From the sequence record NC_100371.1: 64,000 nt of DNA. One strand, written 5' to 3'. The notes below the pieces were generated by a model. That model was given only the letters and a program-made list of their open reading frames with translations, had not been told where the DNA came from and made no database searches. Of this stretch, positions 1 through 10,048 are shown piece by piece; the first letter of the stretch is position 1; the number at the start of each line of letters is the position of its first letter. Position numbers and translations under genes: made by a program. This DNA comes from a phage.

Positions 1-832
1 ACTTGTTAGGGTCGTATTTGTTCTTGAAGGTCTGAACCTCGTTAGCCTGTTTTGTCAAGAAAACCTGCGTATCTGTAAAGATTGCAGGATTTACTCTCGC
101 CTGACGTTGAGGGTACCCTGTCGATTGGTTAAACCACTGATTACAAGAGTAATCTCTCATATAGTCATAATCAGAGTATTTGTTTGCATCTTCGTTCCAA
201 CACATATTTAGGTTGGTACCGCCCATGCACACAATGTATTCTGCGATATACTTATCGCTTCTGGTAGGAATACCTATGAACCATCTATTAACAGGCTCAT
301 CCCAAGCTGTGCGCTCATCTTTAACGCAGATAGCAATCCAGTCATGTGTTCCTGTTTTCTTGCATACATCTCGCTTCATACCGTAGTAGAACTCTTTAGT
401 ATTCGGCTCAGGTGCATTTATCAGGTAACTCCATGCCTGATTTGCATAAGTTCCATTGGTTCGCGGGTCATGATCAAAGGCATACATGATGATCCTTTCC
501 CCACCAAGATGTTCGCCAAGAGTAACTTTGACATTCACATCGCCGTAACCATTGCGAACAACATCCATATTATCAATAGAGATGCCCCTAGGGGTGTAGG
601 CAATTTTCAGAGAGCTATCTTCACTGGTGCCTCCAAGTGTAATCCCTATGTTGTTTGTTGTCCCGTCGGCATATCTTACTGTGGCTTCCCAGCGTATTCC
701 GAAATATCCTGCATCATGGCTGACAATTTTCAGTGTACGAGCACCTGGGTGAGGTTTTCCAGGATCAGGCCAAGGGTCTGGGTGTTCGTGGACAGTCAAC
801 GACGTTCCGTTTTGCTCGTTAACCTGCAACAT
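1..832 (-). CDS. tail fibre-like structural protein, partial (runs off window start)
   Basis: Minus-strand frame has no stop codon from 934 down to 1; ATG at 832-830 preceded by GAGGCGG Shine-Dalgarno. Missing from ORF track because no stop lies inside the window; plus ORF 344..886 is its shadow. Confidence 0.5.
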   Translation of the reverse strand, partial: MLQVNEQNGTSLTVHEHPDPWPDPGKPHPGARTLKIVSHDAGYFGIRWEATVRYADGTTNNIGITLGGTSEDSSLKIAYTPRGISIDNMDVVRNGYGDVNVKVTLGEHLGGERIIMYAFDHDPRTNGTYANQAWSYLINAPEPNTKEFYYGMKRDVCKKTGTHDWIAICVKDERTAWDEPVNRWFIGIPTRSDKYIAEYIVCMGGTNLNMCWNEDANKYSDYDYMRDYSCNQWFNQSTGYPQRQARVNPAIFTDTQVFLTKQANEVQTFKNKYDPNK

Positions 833-934
833 TTTACCGCCTCTGCCGTTAGGGTTGAACTCCCATACGGCCTGTGTCTGCACTAAGTTGTTGTAGGTAT
901 TTCGTCTCTGATCATAAATCTCTTGGGTAACATC

Positions 935-2785
935 CTAGGTGACTGATCCAGCATCCATTCTGTGGAGTCGGACCATATACGATGTATCTCCTTCTACCGC
1001 AGGCTGAGTCCCATTCAGCCCGAAGTATACAGTATCGTTAACATGGAACTGCTTGTTTCTACCAACGGTATGCCACTTACCGTCAGAAGGATACGCAGGA
1101 ACTATGGTGTTCCAGTTCAAAGTCCTTGTCGTGTGAGTTCTTCCTGTGCCATGTTTGTCATGATAGGTTATTTTTACAGAGTACAGGCCACGTCTGTTAA
1201 CATTCCTGTTATACTGAGTAACAACAACTTCGTTGGCCCCGCCGTGGTTCCAGTTGGTGGAGAATTGGTAATTTGCATCTGTAACAACCGTACCCGCAGC
1301 ATTTACCAGTTCAATCTTGTCAATAATGAACGTAGCCCCCTCTGGCTGAGGCTTCAATTTCATCTTGACCGTGTCACCAATGTAAATATTGCTAACACTG
1401 CTAACACCGTTAACGTCAAAAATATCATCAACACCCCAACTGTCTACTGGGACATTTTTATACCAATTCTCAGGAACCTCTGTGAACCCCTGACTATTAA
1501 GTCTTCCGCCAAACAGGTTGTTAGAGCCTGCAAAACTTCCCCTTGGGATGCCTGACCACCAAAGTTTACCATTAACAACAGTAAAGGTACCTAAAAAACC
1601 TTCTCTGTGAATGCCCTGGAAATAAACACTCTCTGTCCAGCTAACTGGGAGGCGTTGCTCAACGTATTTGGCTGTGGCAAGAGCTTGATAGTGGATAAAA
1701 TTGGCCCTAGGGTTATTGTTTGCAGATTGTGCGCCAATATCATTACATAAGTTGCGAGAGAATCCGCGATACTGCTTAGTGCCATTATTGAAGAAAATGC
1801 CACTTGTTCCGTACCCACGAGCCATTATTACTTCATGGGTGTAGGTAATATTTAAGGAACGCCATGTATCATCTCCCCAGACATCTTGCCCGTAGAATAC
1901 GTTAACAAGCTGCTGATCATTAGGCTTGTGCATCCTCTGCGTTGCAATTATCGCCCCGTTCGGACCACACATGAATCCTTTCCACTCCTCATCTGCAGGA
2001 ATGCCTTTCAAATCGTTGCGAGTAATCTGAGCAGGGGGCCAAACAAGGTCGTTTCTACTGTTGTTTCTCAGAAAGTCGTATCCAGCAATCCAAAAACCTC
2101 TGGGCCCACCGAAAATAACAGAGTTGTCATGCACCTCGCAGTTGATACTTGGGTTTTTCCAAGGGCCTGTTTCAGGATTTTCCGATGTTTCACCAATCTT
2201 TACAGGGGTTGCATGCTGGTTCTTATCTACATGTAAAGATCCGTAGGTGTTGTTACCAGACCCGTACAGGTGTAAAATGCCGTCACCCTCAGCCTCTGCC
2301 ATAACCCAAACAGTGTTGTTAATACCGCCCATTACCTCGATAAGGCGCTCTGGGTGGGTGTCAAGGTGCAATCCTTGAACAATCTGTTCCGGAAGAGGTG
2401 TCCACTCGTTTACGCAAACATCGTTACCACCTGCCGCAGTGGATCCGATAAGACCTGCAGTGCAGCCGATGTAGAAAAACTGGTTATCAAAAGTCCGGAT
2501 CACAAACGCACGGTCTGCTCTCCACACATGATCAACATTCCAGGCCGTCTCGCTCGGGTAGTTTATAGGGTTACGATCCCCAGTGCGACACTCCCCGAAC
2601 TTGTTATAGCCAGTAATATTAAGCTGACCATCGTCAAAAAGTATAGCTAAGCTATTTACATAAGCTACTGTAGTGCTTGTACCGTCACTGTTGTCTATTG
2701 GGTATGACAGAACAGCAAGTTCCTTAACTCCACCCCTCTTATCGAGGAAATGACGACCAAGTTTTAGCAAAGGGATTGGAAGCAT
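935..2785 (-). CDS. tail fibre or tailspike-like protein (616 aa)
   Basis: Long ORF with GGAG RBS upstream; Gly/Asn/Thr/Trp-rich beta-type composition; sits in a run of fibre-like genes. Function from context only. Confidence 0.4.
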   Translation of the reverse strand: MLPIPLLKLGRHFLDKRGGVKELAVLSYPIDNSDGTSTTVAYVNSLAILFDDGQLNITGYNKFGECRTGDRNPINYPSETAWNVDHVWRADRAFVIRTFDNQFFYIGCTAGLIGSTAAGGNDVCVNEWTPLPEQIVQGLHLDTHPERLIEVMGGINNTVWVMAEAEGDGILHLYGSGNNTYGSLHVDKNQHATPVKIGETSENPETGPWKNPSINCEVHDNSVIFGGPRGFWIAGYDFLRNNSRNDLVWPPAQITRNDLKGIPADEEWKGFMCGPNGAIIATQRMHKPNDQQLVNVFYGQDVWGDDTWRSLNITYTHEVIMARGYGTSGIFFNNGTKQYRGFSRNLCNDIGAQSANNNPRANFIHYQALATAKYVEQRLPVSWTESVYFQGIHREGFLGTFTVVNGKLWWSGIPRGSFAGSNNLFGGRLNSQGFTEVPENWYKNVPVDSWGVDDIFDVNGVSSVSNIYIGDTVKMKLKPQPEGATFIIDKIELVNAAGTVVTDANYQFSTNWNHGGANEVVVTQYNRNVNRRGLYSVKITYHDKHGTGRTHTTRTLNWNTIVPAYPSDGKWHTVGRNKQFHVNDTVYFGLNGTQPAVEGDTSYMVRLHRMDAGSVT

Positions 2786-2796
2786 TGTGTTCTCCA

Positions 2797-2824
2797 GATA
2801 AGAAAACCGCCCCGTCAGGAGCGG
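2797..2824 (-). terminator. intrinsic terminator-like hairpin (minus strand)
   Basis: On minus strand CCGCUCC-UGAC-GGGGCGG (7 bp stem incl. one G-U) followed by UUUUCUUAUCU; lies between stop of 2834..4579 and start of 935..2785. Confidence 0.5.
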
Positions 2825-2833
2825 TCAGATATA

Positions 2834-4579
2834 TTAACGTTGTGCAATAACCACATCCACAATATCACCAACACCACAATATGTCAATTGTAGCAAGGTG
2901 ACACTGTTGGCTTTGTTGTTAATAACAGGAGTAGCCGACAGTATGGCATATTTATCGTGTAAAGTCACGTTGTGGCCTACAGCATCCTGAATGACATAGA
3001 TGATTGCAGTGAACGGGTAAGGTTTATCTTCAGCCGATGTTCCAGGCCATTGCCCTATTGTAAAATCCCCTTTCGCGTGGACAACATACATATTGGCCTG
3101 CCCGTTAGGTGTCCATGTCCCACTAGATGCGTCAGCCTCCTCTAAGTCAAACTCCACCTTCCCTGCATGGAAAGCAGGGGCAGTAATAGTTTTACCAGCT
3201 TCAATTTCTTGAGAGGTGGTTATCTTGCCACTAGAGTTAATGCCATTACAGACAAAGTTGACATTAGAGAAGTCTGGCAGCCACCCAGTCACTGTACCTG
3301 ATATTTCAAGGTTGTGAAGGTGGGTGGTGCCAGTCCCTGCTGCGTTTAAACTAACATCTCCATTTACCTGCAAGTTTCTGGTAACGTTGCAGTTTTCAGA
3401 GTTTGCAGTTGTTGCAGTTAAAGTGGTGGTTGTCAGCTCGGTAATTACACCTTTGTTGGCTGTAAGTCCTTCTCCTTCAAAAGTGGCACGCTCATTCACC
3501 CTCAGAGTATTTAAAGATATGTTCTGGACAGATGCTGTGCCACGAATGACTATAGATCCTCCAACCTCTAAATCTCCATTGATCAGTGCATCTCCCGTGC
3601 TTTCAATATAGCTAGGGTAGATCATGGTGCCATCTACAGAGTAGGTTATCCCTGTAACGGTGCCTGTCACCTCAAGGTTCTTAACCCTAGTGGTCCCATC
3701 AACCTGCAATGTCGGTTCGGTGGCTGCCTTCATGGCATTACCGCGAATGTACACGTAGTCAAAAAAGTTATTACCTAGACCATCAAAATGCACATCGTTG
3801 TTATTAGCCACTGGTTTCCCAGAAGTTATAGTGTCAGCTATAACTCTGTGAGTTGATACTTCATGAGGTTGCAGCTCTGTGCTCCTCCAGTCTGCATGCT
3901 TAGGATCGCTCCACGCAAAAGTCAGTGTAGAAGTATTTGCCGTAAGGATTAGGTTCCTGAAGCGTGCAGTAGAATCTGCTCCATTAACAGGTCCGTGTAA
4001 GGTAAGGGTACCCCCAACTATAGTGTTAGCAAGTTCTGTAAGACCTTTTACCACCAAAGATCCTACAGTAACTTTCATCCCCTCCATGGCTTTAAATATG
4101 CTATCCACATAGTCAACAACAAACTCTGTGTTTGCTATAGACTCGGACTTATCATCCATTGGAGGTGTAGGTACTCTCGGGTCACCTTCGAACCTTGGGC
4201 TGTTAAGTTTTGCGTAGTATTTTGCCATTACTGCAGAGTCGGTGTATAATCTCCAGTTCGGAGATTGTGAAGGATCTGCTGGCATCCTAACCGGGTTAGA
4301 TTTTGACGCTGCTGGAGCGTACCACCACTGAGGGCCTGTATCTCCTTTAAACTCATACAGCTGGTTAAAAACTGTTGTGGATGCACCATACGCCCAAGGG
4401 ATCGGTGGCGTTTTAAAATAAAGGTTGTCAAGCATGGCTTTTCGTACCGTAGGGATAGTGGTCCCATCCTCTACGACAACTTCATCCACAGCGTTACCGT
4501 TGACAACCAAGTGCAAACGTTCAGAATCAACAATTACTTGATCTACCGCCTGCTCGAAGCTTGTCATGTCTTGCGCCAT
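2834..4579 (-). CDS. tail fibre protein with repetitive beta-helix-like segments (581 aa)
   Basis: ORF; repeated V-x-G-x-V/T-G type segments typical of fibre/spike proteins; position in fibre module. Confidence 0.4.
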   Translation of the reverse strand: MAQDMTSFEQAVDQVIVDSERLHLVVNGNAVDEVVVEDGTTIPTVRKAMLDNLYFKTPPIPWAYGASTTVFNQLYEFKGDTGPQWWYAPAASKSNPVRMPADPSQSPNWRLYTDSAVMAKYYAKLNSPRFEGDPRVPTPPMDDKSESIANTEFVVDYVDSIFKAMEGMKVTVGSLVVKGLTELANTIVGGTLTLHGPVNGADSTARFRNLILTANTSTLTFAWSDPKHADWRSTELQPHEVSTHRVIADTITSGKPVANNNDVHFDGLGNNFFDYVYIRGNAMKAATEPTLQVDGTTRVKNLEVTGTVTGITYSVDGTMIYPSYIESTGDALINGDLEVGGSIVIRGTASVQNISLNTLRVNERATFEGEGLTANKGVITELTTTTLTATTANSENCNVTRNLQVNGDVSLNAAGTGTTHLHNLEISGTVTGWLPDFSNVNFVCNGINSSGKITTSQEIEAGKTITAPAFHAGKVEFDLEEADASSGTWTPNGQANMYVVHAKGDFTIGQWPGTSAEDKPYPFTAIIYVIQDAVGHNVTLHDKYAILSATPVINNKANSVTLLQLTYCGVGDIVDVVIAQR

Positions 4580-4588
4580 GATTTCTCC

Positions 4589-4780
4589 TTAAGCTTTTTG
4601 CTCTTCGTTTTTAACGTGGTCAGGGTGCTGGCAACCCCACCGGAGCGAGATGAATTTGCTAATAAGCTGGGGGCAGGCTACTGAAGGTGCGTATATCCAC
4701 GCATACCATTCAGGAAGCGTATCATTGTACCCCATATGAATAAACACCCCAGTCATCACTGCCATGCCTATGTAGACCAT
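4589..4780 (-). CDS. hypothetical small protein (63 aa), possible fibre accessory
   Basis: Short ORF directly downstream of fibre gene 4864..5910; no motif recognised. Confidence 0.25.
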   Translation of the reverse strand: MVYIGMAVMTGVFIHMGYNDTLPEWYAWIYAPSVACPQLISKFISLRWGCQHPDHVKNEEQKA

Positions 4781-4863
4781 AGCTTAGATTGGGACACTTT
4801 CGTAGGGTCATCCGATGCCGCAACCAACCCCCATAAAAACTGAGTTAATTTCATTTACCCTCT

Positions 4864-5910
4864 TTAAGCATAAGATATAGTGATCCATTGACCGTTTACA
4901 AATTTTTGAATGGCACCAGTCCAATAGTCGCCTTGATACGGGTGTTTATAGGCGTAATTGCCGGAGCACATTACATGCCCAGGGTATACTCTTGATTCTC
5001 TGTAGGTGGTTCTGAAACGGTTTGCTATCCTTACATCTTCAACACCCCTACTAGGCATAGGAATAGTAAGGTTACCACTGCTATCTGCGCTACTACCATT
5101 TACCCTGCGGACCACGTTTCTCCCACCAACTGTTGCATATTGACCCCTGGCGGTGTTATCGTTACAATCCACTCTTCCACCTATTTGAGCGCTGCCGCAG
5201 GATTGTTGTCCATTAACAGTGGCTCTTGGTATCGTTACCGCATTAGCATTTGCAGAGGAGCTTTTTGCATCATTGCATTCAAGATTCCCTTGGATAGCCA
5301 GTCTTGCACGGTTGGCAGTTATAGCATTAAGCTTCATAGCCGAAAACACAGGCTGCCCACCAGAAGGTTGAAATCTCCAACGGAAACCGTCTATTTGGTG
5401 AGAAGGATCATCAAGGTCTGTGCCGTCAGCGCCGCCGATGTTGTCCATAATCCAGAAATCCATCATCGTTTTGTCTGGAGTTATGGTGGTGTATATCGCT
5501 GCATTGTCTGTTGACGCGGATGCAAACTCGATTCTTTGAAGACCCAAAGTTTGAGTCTGGGTCATTGTGTCTCCAGTCTTGTCAACATACAGGTCATCCA
5601 TTTCTTCAGGCGAGTATACATTGAGGACTTTACGTGCAGCAGCTTTGTCTGGAACGTCTGCCAGATTATTAGTGACCCTTAAGAATCTATTATCCCATCC
5701 AGGGACAACATCTTCTGTTAAATGCTTTAGCCACGCAGAGAGCATGTGGAGTTCAAAGTTAACAACTTCACATGCTATCCTTTGTGTCATATCCCAACCT
5801 TTCAATCTCTCTTCTTTGTTCGGTTGAGACTTGTTCAACTCTCCTGTATTTTCAAGCACAACATCCTGATTGGCCCAAATATCGAGAGGGATAACTGGTT
5901 TAGTCATCAC
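4864..5910 (-). CDS. tail fibre protein, paralog A (348 aa)
   Basis: N-terminal (PLDIWA...KGWD) and C-terminal (KFVNGQWITISYA) segments shared with 6923..7963; contains VDKTGDTMTQ. Confidence 0.5.
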   Translation of the reverse strand: MMTKPVIPLDIWANQDVVLENTGELNKSQPNKEERLKGWDMTQRIACEVVNFELHMLSAWLKHLTEDVVPGWDNRFLRVTNNLADVPDKAAARKVLNVYSPEEMDDLYVDKTGDTMTQTQTLGLQRIEFASASTDNAAIYTTITPDKTMMDFWIMDNIGGADGTDLDDPSHQIDGFRWRFQPSGGQPVFSAMKLNAITANRARLAIQGNLECNDAKSSSANANAVTIPRATVNGQQSCGSAQIGGRVDCNDNTARGQYATVGGRNVVRRVNGSSADSSGNLTIPMPSRGVEDVRIANRFRTTYRESRVYPGHVMCSGNYAYKHPYQGDYWTGAIQKFVNGQWITISYA

Positions 5911-5997
5911 ATTCTCCTGAGAAAATTCCTTAAGGACTATTTTAACACTTTAGAGAACAAAATGCAAGAACGGCATCCTTACCGTTCTTACCTTTGT

Positions 5998-6312
5998 TTA
6001 CCTTTTACTATGCTCTACAAGCATGTGCAAAATCTTTTGTACATCAGCTCGGATACCGGAGACATCTGTCCTGACATCTTGCTTAAGGTCGTTAATATCG
6101 GCCTCTAGCTTACTTAACCGGGTCTCGATAATGGAATCAAGTCTATCTTTTGTAACCATGCTATTTTTCACTAAAATGAGGTCTTTCTCCAGCTCATCCA
6201 ACCTCTTGGAAATGCCTTTCCATTTGGTGTGCCACTGGTTGAAAGCCCATACACAGATCGGGACAACGGTACCCATGCAGATACCGTACAATGCCGCCAA
6301 ATCCAACTCCAC
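5998..6312 (-). CDS. small membrane protein with N-terminal TM helix and coiled coil (104 aa)
   Basis: Hydrophobic segment ALYGICMGTVVPICVWAF followed by heptad-like charged region (LDELEKDLILVKN...LSKLEADINDLKQDV). Confidence 0.4.
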   Translation of the reverse strand: MELDLAALYGICMGTVVPICVWAFNQWHTKWKGISKRLDELEKDLILVKNSMVTKDRLDSIIETRLSKLEADINDLKQDVRTDVSGIRADVQKILHMLVEHSKR

Positions 6313-6323
6313 AACACCTCCTC

Positions 6324-6908
6324 TTAGAGGGTAGGTCGTTCCGGGAAGAAAATGTCAGGGGCTTTAGATGTATCTATTTCAAGAAGTTTTACCCTGTACA
6401 TTTTCAAATCTCTGATGTTGCGTTTTTGGTCATCAGTAAGATCGTATTCAAGGTCAATCATGTCTTGATAGGCACCAATTCTAGCAGTAGCCCAAGCAAG
6501 TTCTGTCTCTATGACACCCTCTGCCTGTTGAACAAAGAATTCATTGTCTGTGACAAATTCATCACCAACTAAACGCAAAGCGTCGTGGTGGAGCATAATG
6601 TTTTCTGGTACCTCTTCTTTTTTGGCGATAACCACACGAAGACCTGGAGCAGGCCACAAGGCATCAGGTTCTTCTGTAGATGTCTTAAGAATACCCTTCT
6701 CGTCAACAAGTAAGAAGATACAGCCGGGATTTTCTTGTCGCAGTGTTCGTGATTGCACATACCAATCGCCATCATCATTACGTAAAAAATATCCAGTGTA
6801 TGCTGTGTAATCCTCAACCTCCTGAGGAGTCAGCTCCTTGGTCTCCTTGTTGGTGTAGTATTCGCCAGATCCCGGTTGGTAAAGTTTAAACTCTTGAAGT
6901 ATTTTCAT
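6324..6908 (-). CDS. hypothetical protein (194 aa), possible fibre assembly/accessory
   Basis: ORF immediately downstream of fibre paralog B; acidic; no motif recognised. Confidence 0.3.
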   Translation of the reverse strand: MKILQEFKLYQPGSGEYYTNKETKELTPQEVEDYTAYTGYFLRNDDGDWYVQSRTLRQENPGCIFLLVDEKGILKTSTEEPDALWPAPGLRVVIAKKEEVPENIMLHHDALRLVGDEFVTDNEFFVQQAEGVIETELAWATARIGAYQDMIDLEYDLTDDQKRNIRDLKMYRVKLLEIDTSKAPDIFFPERPTL

Positions 6909-6922
6909 GCTAGTCCTCCGAT

Positions 6923-7963
6923 CTACGCATAATTAACAGTGATCCATTGACCATTTACAAGTTTTTGTAAAGGTCCTGCCCAGTAGGTTGAACCACGCAT
7001 CTCTTTTTTATCACCAAAATGCCAACCTGTGACAACGTAGCCGTTGCGAACTGGAGATTCAGAAACACCATCAACAAGTCTTGCACCGATTCTGATATCC
7101 TGTACCCCTGTCTGCGGGATGGTGATCGTTACATCTCCGTTACCGTTAGCCGTCACTCCATTCACAGAGCGCACCACATTTCTGTTACCGACAACACAAT
7201 GCTGGCTTCTTACAACCATACTGTCACAACTTGCACCGCCATTAACATATACGGACCCAGCGGTCAACTGACTAGCCACATTACAGTTGGTGAATGTTGC
7301 TGTGCTGCTGATGGTAAGGTTGTTACACCGCATGTTATCGACAACTTCAACATTACCTACCACTTTCAACAGCGCACGGTTAGCCGTGATCGCGTTCAGG
7401 TACATCAAAGTGAACTCTGGATTAATGTCTGGCTGAGTTGGCTGGAATCTCCAACGAAACGCATCTACTGTAGATGTGCCACCATCATCAAACGCCCCAG
7501 TGTTATCACTTAACCCAAAGTCGAGAGTTGTCTTATCTGGACCAATAGTTGTCTCTATCCAAGCCTTATCTGTCTCGGCAGCTTTAAAGTTGATACGCTG
7601 CAAACCTAAGGGGCCTGTCATTGTATCGCCTGTAACTTTTACATACCTGGCGTCTGCCTCTTCCTTAGTGATAATCCCAAGGTTTCTACGGGCAACAGGA
7701 ATGTTCAAAAGATCGCTCAGGTTATTATCACGTACCAGATAACGGCCCTCTTGGGCAGGGATCTGCTCGTCAGCAATATATTTTGCCCAAGTCCCGAGCA
7801 TATTGAAAATATAGTTAAGTTCTTCACATGACGGCTTTTGACCAAGATCCCAACCTTTTCTCCACAAATCATCAATCGGGCGTAGCCTGTTCTGTCTGTG
7901 GGTGTTAGGCAGAACCTGATCCTCCTCTGCCCAAATCTCTAATGGAAAACTAGGTTTTGACAT
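6923..7963 (-). CDS. tail fibre protein, paralog B (346 aa)
   Basis: Shares N-terminal (PLEIWA...KGWD) and C-terminal (KLVNGQWITVNYA) segments and VKVTGDTMTG with 4864..5910; central region divergent. Confidence 0.5.
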   Translation of the reverse strand: MSKPSFPLEIWAEEDQVLPNTHRQNRLRPIDDLWRKGWDLGQKPSCEELNYIFNMLGTWAKYIADEQIPAQEGRYLVRDNNLSDLLNIPVARRNLGIITKEEADARYVKVTGDTMTGPLGLQRINFKAAETDKAWIETTIGPDKTTLDFGLSDNTGAFDDGGTSTVDAFRWRFQPTQPDINPEFTLMYLNAITANRALLKVVGNVEVVDNMRCNNLTISSTATFTNCNVASQLTAGSVYVNGGASCDSMVVRSQHCVVGNRNVVRSVNGVTANGNGDVTITIPQTGVQDIRIGARLVDGVSESPVRNGYVVTGWHFGDKKEMRGSTYWAGPLQKLVNGQWITVNYA

Positions 7964-7975
7964 TTTATCTCCTGA

Positions 7976-10048
7976 TTATGAGAAGTCTGGCGGAACAACA
8001 TCTTCTACATACCCTTTCAGAGCAACCTGCCCCATATGCAGAACAGTAGAATCTCTGGCGGTAACAGTGATGCTGTCAGACATTACTTGCGGGTATGCCC
8101 ACACATACTGTTTTACCTCAGGGTATCTATACTCTATGGTTGCCATGTTTCCGCAAATACATCTCCATAAAAATTCTTGGTAATTCCTGGTTGGGTCGTA
8201 GCCATATACCGGAGCAAGCTCTTTGCTAGGAACGAACCCTGCAAGGTATTGTATTTCAGACGGTTTCCAACCTAACTTAACGATAGGTATGTTTACAGAC
8301 TCTTTTGCCTTTTCAATACCTCCCTGCATCACCCAATCGTAGCACTCAGTGCAGAAGAAATCAAGAGCACCTGCTTCCTTTTTATATTGGTCAGCAAGGT
8401 TCAGTTTTTGCGTAAGCTCGGTTTCCATAATAGTGGGGAAAAACAGTAAAGCTGTCATCTGAGCCGATGCAGCGTGTGCTTTTATTGCCTTTGAAATGGC
8501 TGCAATACGAGCGCCAAGCTTACCACGACAAAATGCTACATACTTGTCATAAACACCGCCAGTTTTAGGATCGTCAATAGTCCCAATGTCTAGTGCATAT
8601 TCACCAGTCTCATCATAAAACGCCTGCTTTGTAGGGTAGTCATAAATACAAGGCTTACGAGTATCGGTATTGAACCACCACCACGGTTCACCAATCTGCA
8701 TAATCACTGGCAGGTTGTTTCTCATAGCGGCTGATGCAAAATTCTTAAATACTGCAGTAAGGAAATTCATGCCCTCTTCAATGGTTGGAGACAGGAGGTA
8801 ACTACAAGGCGTATAGCCTGTTTTAGCATAGTTATCGTTCCAGTCTCTCTGGGTCCATTCCAACGGACAGGCATCGCTATAAAGCTCAAAGCTTACAGAC
8901 TGCATAACGTCGAAGTCATGTCGTTTGGCATTGTACATAAAATCATCATGCCATTTATAAGCTGCAGCGTTTAGAGCTCCTGTTTTGTTTATAGACCATT
9001 GGGTTCCTGACCATGTGTAGTCATAATAATGGCTCATACCAACATAATGGTTTATGGTTCCTGTATAGCCCAGACGCTTGATATTGCTCAACACCCTTAA
9101 AGGGGATACGTTCCACATATCGTCATATGCTGTGCAGATCCCAACATCGTGTTCTTTCACCTGAATATTGTTAAGTTGCATCATTTTCCAGCCTGTGTCC
9201 GGCTGAAGAAGATCTAGACGCAACTCACACTCTACATTTTCCGTTCTCGGGTCTGTGCTATTACCTACCCAATCTTTAGGCATAAGTGGTATTAGAATCC
9301 TTCTCACCTGCCGAGGATCAACACCCATCATGTTGTTGTTCTGGTCCATCCCGACGCAGTCCTCGAAATCAATATGAATTTCTGCAACATTCTTATCCTC
9401 TGAGATGCTGACAGCATATTGAGCTAAAGGAACATAGATGATTGTACCATCAACAAGGTCTACAGTCATAATCATCTTTTCAGGGGTGGAGAAGTTGCTG
9501 GCATTGGTTATTGACATTCTGAACCAAAGCTTGGTGTTTCTCATCTCGTAGTGATCATCAAATCCAATGCCGAAATGGTCATACTTGTCAACTGTTTCCC
9601 AAATGCACCCAGCCATGCCCCCATATGTTCTTGACACTAAACGGTTAATACAGCAGTTATTATCCGCAACAATACAGGTGCTTTCAGTCTGCTGTGTGGT
9701 TGTAACCCAGTATCTTGGGTGAAACATTCTCTCCTCAACTGTATCCCAAGATATTCTGTCAAGATTCTCATCTGAAACTATTGTACATTTCGCTCTTTGT
9801 GTTCCAATCATAACCCCTTGGGAGTTTGATGAAAACTCCATAAAGAAGCTCCTTGGCAACCTGTTTGGCAATTTGTCAACAATTTCTACAGGGATCTCGA
9901 TACTGGTTGCCCCAACCGGGATAGTTACATCGCCCTCAACATGATCATAATCCCTACCCGGAACTGCAGTATCCTGAACTGTGCGGTAATGAAACCGTGC
10001 AGCCATTGTAGAGTAATCACGGTAAGGTTTAAAAACAGCTGTTGCCAT
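7976..10048 (-). CDS. large tail-associated protein, possible carbohydrate-active enzyme (690 aa)
   Basis: Long ORF rich in Trp/Tyr/Asp, embedded in fibre module; enzymatic role is a guess from composition only. Confidence 0.3.
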   Translation of the reverse strand: MATAVFKPYRDYSTMAARFHYRTVQDTAVPGRDYDHVEGDVTIPVGATSIEIPVEIVDKLPNRLPRSFFMEFSSNSQGVMIGTQRAKCTIVSDENLDRISWDTVEERMFHPRYWVTTTQQTESTCIVADNNCCINRLVSRTYGGMAGCIWETVDKYDHFGIGFDDHYEMRNTKLWFRMSITNASNFSTPEKMIMTVDLVDGTIIYVPLAQYAVSISEDKNVAEIHIDFEDCVGMDQNNNMMGVDPRQVRRILIPLMPKDWVGNSTDPRTENVECELRLDLLQPDTGWKMMQLNNIQVKEHDVGICTAYDDMWNVSPLRVLSNIKRLGYTGTINHYVGMSHYYDYTWSGTQWSINKTGALNAAAYKWHDDFMYNAKRHDFDVMQSVSFELYSDACPLEWTQRDWNDNYAKTGYTPCSYLLSPTIEEGMNFLTAVFKNFASAAMRNNLPVIMQIGEPWWWFNTDTRKPCIYDYPTKQAFYDETGEYALDIGTIDDPKTGGVYDKYVAFCRGKLGARIAAISKAIKAHAASAQMTALLFFPTIMETELTQKLNLADQYKKEAGALDFFCTECYDWVMQGGIEKAKESVNIPIVKLGWKPSEIQYLAGFVPSKELAPVYGYDPTRNYQEFLWRCICGNMATIEYRYPEVKQYVWAYPQVMSDSITVTARDSTVLHMGQVALKGYVEDVVPPDFS

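Noticed and set aside
344-886. Plus-strand ORF of 180 aa (and 180..386) at the window start
   Set aside because: Lies entirely antisense to a stop-free minus-strand frame with good RBS/ATG at 832 in a block of co-oriented minus-strand genes; treated as a shadow ORF.
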